Shown here in pieces: positions 60,400 through 64,000 of a DNA stretch of 64,000 nucleotides (its first letter is position 1; each line of letters opens with the position of its first letter). Location: the NCBI GenBank assembly GCA_963797095.1, contig CAWCNY010000005.1, forward strand, positions 288,001 through 352,000, written 5' to 3'. The notes below the pieces were generated by a model. That model saw only the letters and a list, made by a program, of their open reading frames with translations. It had not been told where the DNA came from and did not search any database. The DNA comes from an uncultured Chloroflexia bacterium. GTDB lineage: Bacteria > Chloroflexota > Chloroflexia > QHBQ01 > JADMIH01. The position numbers and the translations under genes were made by a program.

Positions 60400-61998
60400 C
60401 TAGTTCTGAGGCTGGGTGGGAAAATCAGCAGGAGGGGCAGCCTTGCTGGGGGCAGTCACAGCAGGAGCGATTACCGGAGCATCGGGTACATCGTACACCG
60501 ATCCGCCTGTCGTCGGGGCTGGCATCGCTGGCGCCATCCTCTCCGTCTCATGCCCTGTCCTCAATGCGTCTATCCTCCAGTCGAAACTGAAGTTCCCTGT
60601 CCCCTTCCCTAGCTCCCTCACCTCAAAGCTCGTGGCTGTTTCGTTGCCTACCGCGAGACCGAGGGTATCGAAGGACTTGGGGGTAACAAACACCTGATAA
60701 CCGGCACTCAGGTTGACGCCTGCAGCGTACACAGGGTCGATGTTGATCACCGCTCGTCCATTCACCAACTGCGCTGTCCCCTGGTCACTGTACACGTTCT
60801 GCGTAAACTCCACAGCGTACATCTGCCTCTCTGACCCGTCCGACTGCTTCACCGAGCTGCAGCATGTCCCTGTCACATGCAGGTTGCCTGTCACATACAC
60901 ATGCCCGTATGTGTTGGGGAGACTGCCTGTGATCAGTGCGTAGTAGGAGGAGTTGCGGGTGTAGAAGCGTGCACCCTCGGTGGTGTTGGAGCCCATAACT
61001 CCACCAGGGCCGTTGGCCGAGTAGCCGTAGAAGCCCGAGCCTGAGCCTGAGTTGGACCCAAAGAGAGCCACACCTGTGGAGGAGGTGCCATACACACCGT
61101 TACCTGAGGAGCTTATGCCATACACCCCATAGTTGGTACCTGTCCCGTACACTCCTATATACCCGCTGGTGCCGTACACTCCGTAGCCTGAGGTGCTTAT
61201 GCCATATATACCTGCACCAGTGGCTGTACCATACACGCCGACATTGCCGCTGCTGCCGTATACACCAAAGCTGGATGTGCCGGTGGCCGCGCCGTATACA
61301 CCGTAACCGTTTGTGCCGCCGCCGCCGTATACGCCATAGCTGCCAGAACTGGCACCGTAGACGCCATAGCCGCTGGTGCTGGAACCATAGACCCCAAGGC
61401 CTGAAACGCTGGTGCCCAGAACACCCCAGCCGCTACCATTCTGAGAGCCCCACACACCGATGCCACTGCCGCTCGTGCCGTTGTTTTGGCCGCGCACACC
61501 GGTGCTGGACCCACCTGGGGATGTAGGCGTTACCTCACCATAGATCGCGTATGCGCTGCCTGTTGTGGAAACAGTATTCCCGTAGACAGCGGCATTAGCA
61601 GCGCCTGCACCTGTGGTTCCCAGGTGCTGGGCATAGACGCCTCGACCATTGGTAGATTGCGCCCAGAGCGCCGTGCCGTTGGTCGCAGATGACTGGTAAG
61701 CACGTAGCGAGACGGAACCGTCTGTGGAGCTGCTGGAGGTAAAGTACCAGGCACCGGCACCGGAGCTGCCATAGGAGCTGGAAAAGTTGGTAATGCCTGT
61801 GCCGCTGTTGCTGGTATCGCCCTGGAGGGCATAGGCGTCGGGTGAGTTGGTGACTTGCTGGCCGTTGGCATCGCCGGAGGCAGAGCCGGAGCCTTTGGGG
61901 GTGGCCGCGAAGCCTGGGGTAGCCAGGGCTGCGATAGCCAGTACCGAGATAAGGATAGTCAGTAGCCGAATGCGCTTGTGCGAGATACGTGCAAACAT
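60400..61998 (-). CDS. Secreted GVYG-repeat protein, copy 2
   Basis: Same architecture as copy 1 with additional repeats; AGGAG RBS before MFARIS. Confidence 0.8.
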   Translation of the reverse strand: MFARISHKRIRLLTILISVLAIAALATPGFAATPKGSGSASGDANGQQVTNSPDAYALQGDTSNSGTGITNFSSSYGSSGAGAWYFTSSSSTDGSVSLRAYQSSATNGTALWAQSTNGRGVYAQHLGTTGAGAANAAVYGNTVSTTGSAYAIYGEVTPTSPGGSSTGVRGQNNGTSGSGIGVWGSQNGSGWGVLGTSVSGLGVYGSSTSGYGVYGASSGSYGVYGGGGTNGYGVYGAATGTSSFGVYGSSGNVGVYGTATGAGIYGISTSGYGVYGTSGYIGVYGTGTNYGVYGISSSGNGVYGTSSTGVALFGSNSGSGSGFYGYSANGPGGVMGSNTTEGARFYTRNSSYYALITGSLPNTYGHVYVTGNLHVTGTCCSSVKQSDGSERQMYAVEFTQNVYSDQGTAQLVNGRAVINIDPVYAAGVNLSAGYQVFVTPKSFDTLGLAVGNETATSFEVRELGKGTGNFSFDWRIDALRTGHETERMAPAMPAPTTGGSVYDVPDAPVIAPAVTAPSKAAPPADFPTQPQN

Positions 61999-62310
61999 GG
62001 GTTCTCTCCTTTTCGTTGCAAGCCGGGAATCTGGCAAATACGAAGACCGTAGCTCGCTAACTCCTCGCCAGGATGATCCTGGAAAACAAAACGTTGAACC
62101 CTGACAATCGTCTCAAGTGAGGTAAGCGGAAATAGCTACGGTAAAGTAGATTAAAGCACAAATCAGGGGAGAATGGAAGACCTTTGGTGTACCAGTTTAC
62201 TACCAACTTTCGTAGGCATGTAGGACGCACGAGTGGGAGAGACTGGAATACCGTTGGCCCAGGCAGAAGGCTACCCTGCAAATGTCATCAGGGTAGGTCA
62301 GGAAAAGACA

Positions 62311-62730
62311 CTAAGAGGAGGCTTCCTCGAACAGGATGTCTTGTGCACCCTCCCAAAGGGCAAGTTTGCCGAGGTCGCTGAGGTGTTGATGGCCGTCGAT
62401 GATGGTAAGGAAGTGGTTGCCCGCGAGTTGCCCCACTTTGCTGGCGAAGCGACAACTGCCGTATGGGAAGAGAATTTCAGTCTCGCTCAGGCCGCCGGGA
62501 TAAAAGAGGATTTCGCCTTTGGAGGGGTGCGAGGTGTGGTTTTCGTAACCCACTCCCAGGTCGAAGTCGCCAAGAGGTATCCAACAAGCTTCTCCGCTCC
62601 AACGAGCGTGGATGATCTTCTGGCGATAAGGAAGGAGCTTCGTGAAGGCGGCGCAAGTAGCAGGAGCGTCGTCAAGCTCCAGGCGAGCGGTGAATAAGTA
62701 AGGACCGGCGGCGATCTTGAGCAGTTTCAT
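62311..62730 (-). CDS. DUF3830 cyclophilin-like fold protein
   Basis: APATC, HARWSGE, EN.T..P..G, ETEIL..YG, GNHF. Confidence 0.82.
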   Translation of the reverse strand: MKLLKIAAGPYLFTARLELDDAPATCAAFTKLLPYRQKIIHARWSGEACWIPLGDFDLGVGYENHTSHPSKGEILFYPGGLSETEILFPYGSCRFASKVGQLAGNHFLTIIDGHQHLSDLGKLALWEGAQDILFEEASS

Positions 62731-62740
62731 CAAGCCCTCC

Positions 62741-63217
62741 TCATTCCGACGACACAAGTAGCTCGCGCAGTTTTGCGAGGCATTTGAGGACGTCGGCGCG
62801 GTTCTTGCCGAGCTTCATCCATTCAGGCAGCCTGCTGGCGAGGGTGGCATTCCAGTGTGTCTCTCGGAAGTCGGCGCGCACGAAGTCCTCCATGAACTGG
62901 AGGTGGTGCTGGTTGATGGCCCAGAGAAGCTCGCCGGAGCAGTTCGTTTGCAGCCAGAGAGGAAAGCCAAAATACCAGTCGTTGCCGCCCGCGGCCTTAA
63001 CGCGCTTGCCCTCCCATTCTTTCACGTAACCACAGTATTCGCAGGTGATCCGCCTGGGCGCGAATAGCAGGCGAGTGTACGGATAGGGGTGGGCCAGCCA
63101 GTCTGTCATATCGCGAGGCATTATTCGAGCGCATTTGTCGCAGCGCGGGCAGCGCACAAGGAAGAGGTCGCTGAACTCGTAAAGATATCTTCGGTTGCCT
63201 TTGAAGTGAGTGCTCAT
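62741..63217 (-). CDS. Zn-ribbon hypothetical protein
   Basis: CPRC...CEYC, FGFPLWLQT, LWA.N..HL, RLPEWM. Confidence 0.7.
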   Translation of the reverse strand: MSTHFKGNRRYLYEFSDLFLVRCPRCDKCARIMPRDMTDWLAHPYPYTRLLFAPRRITCEYCGYVKEWEGKRVKAAGGNDWYFGFPLWLQTNCSGELLWAINQHHLQFMEDFVRADFRETHWNATLASRLPEWMKLGKNRADVLKCLAKLRELLVSSE

Positions 63218-64000
63218 GGTTTTGCTAGTGCCGCCAGTACGCGTTCCGGGGTGATTGGTTGCTGGGAGAGCCACACGCCGGTGGCGTCGTGGATGGCTAT
63301 GGCGACGGCAGCAGTGAAGGGGACCAGGGGCATTTCGGCCATCCCGCGAGCGCCATAGGGGCCGTCGGGATCGGCATTCTCCAGGATGATGGGGGTTATC
63401 TCATCGGGCATATCGAGAGCAGTGGGGAGGAGGTAGGTGCTGAAATAGGGCGTTATCACTTTGCCGTCCTGCATCTGGAAGTCTTCGAGGAGGGCGTAGC
63501 CGAGGGCCTGGGCCAGACATCCTTCGACCTGGCCTTCTACTAGCTGCTTGTTGACCGCTTTGCCCACATCGTGAACGCTTATCACCCTGGTGACGCGCAC
63601 CAGGCCGGTTAGGGTATCAACGTCGACCTCTACGGCCTGGGCCGCATAGCCGTAGGCATAGTTGGGTCTGCCCGCTGTGGTCTCTTTGTCAAGGGGTGTG
63701 GTGGAGGGAGGGCGATATTGTACGCGAGCGCGAGCAGGACGCTCGCCCGACTGCCACTTTTCGAGGGCGGCGCGGGCGGCATCGTGCACGGCCCTGCCGC
63801 CCATGAAGGTCATGCGCGAAGCGGAGGCGCTCCCGGCGTTGGGAGCCTGGGCGCTGTCGTCGGTGACCATCTCGATCAGAGGAGCCTCACCCGCTCCGCT
63901 CTCGTGCTCGAAGGGCAGGCCGAGTGCTTCGGCAGCGATTTGCCGCAAGATCGTGTGCGTGCCCTGGCCAACATCGGCAGCGCCCACCCGCACGGTCGCA
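63214..64000 (-). CDS. Xanthine dehydrogenase-family molybdopterin-binding subunit, C-terminal part
   Basis: GQG, SASR, DVGKAVN, GQVEG, GPYGARGMAE; open to the window edge. Confidence 0.9.
   Translation of the reverse strand, partial: ATVRVGAADVGQGTHTILRQIAAEALGLPFEHESGAGEAPLIEMVTDDSAQAPNAGSASASRMTFMGGRAVHDAARAALEKWQSGERPARARVQYRPPSTTPLDKETTAGRPNYAYGYAAQAVEVDVDTLTGLVRVTRVISVHDVGKAVNKQLVEGQVEGCLAQALGYALLEDFQMQDGKVITPYFSTYLLPTALDMPDEITPIILENADPDGPYGARGMAEMPLVPFTAAVAIAIHDATGVWLSQQPITPERVLAALAKP

Noticed and set aside
58571-61998. DGR template/variable repeat pair
   Set aside because: Both copies are full genes, the differences are not adenine-specific, and no DGR RT is adjacent

Overview
The window looks like chromosomal DNA from a Chloroflexota-like bacterium; the taxonomy is inferred from lineage-typical protein domains and repeats. 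Housekeeping and metabolic genes include prfA-prmC, a CdaR/YbbR-like gene, glmS, a long-form ispG, fur, osmC, aldo/keto reductases, a penicillin-acylase family gene and a Rieske oxygenase. There are three tRNA genes, a convergent Wzx/Wzy polysaccharide locus with a PglF/E/D/C-like set, two near-identical secreted GVYG-repeat proteins, and many mostly decayed mobile elements. The strongest finding is an apparently intact 2472-nt group IIA intron carrying an RT/maturase/HNH ORF. It splits a tRNA-Pro(GGG) gene between positions 38 and 39, and its EBS1, EBS2 and delta elements match the anticodon arm. The second is an IS110 element inserted at a CT core inside the terminal inverted repeat of an IS701-like element; its upstream non-coding region contains readable bridge-RNA-style guides for that repeat. 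Also present: a decayed tRNA-Met island (integrase, IS3, group II intron stub), an ISAs1-like MITE, and a PhnD binding domain fused to a surface domain. All calls are by eye from the sequence and the ORF track; no database searches were run.
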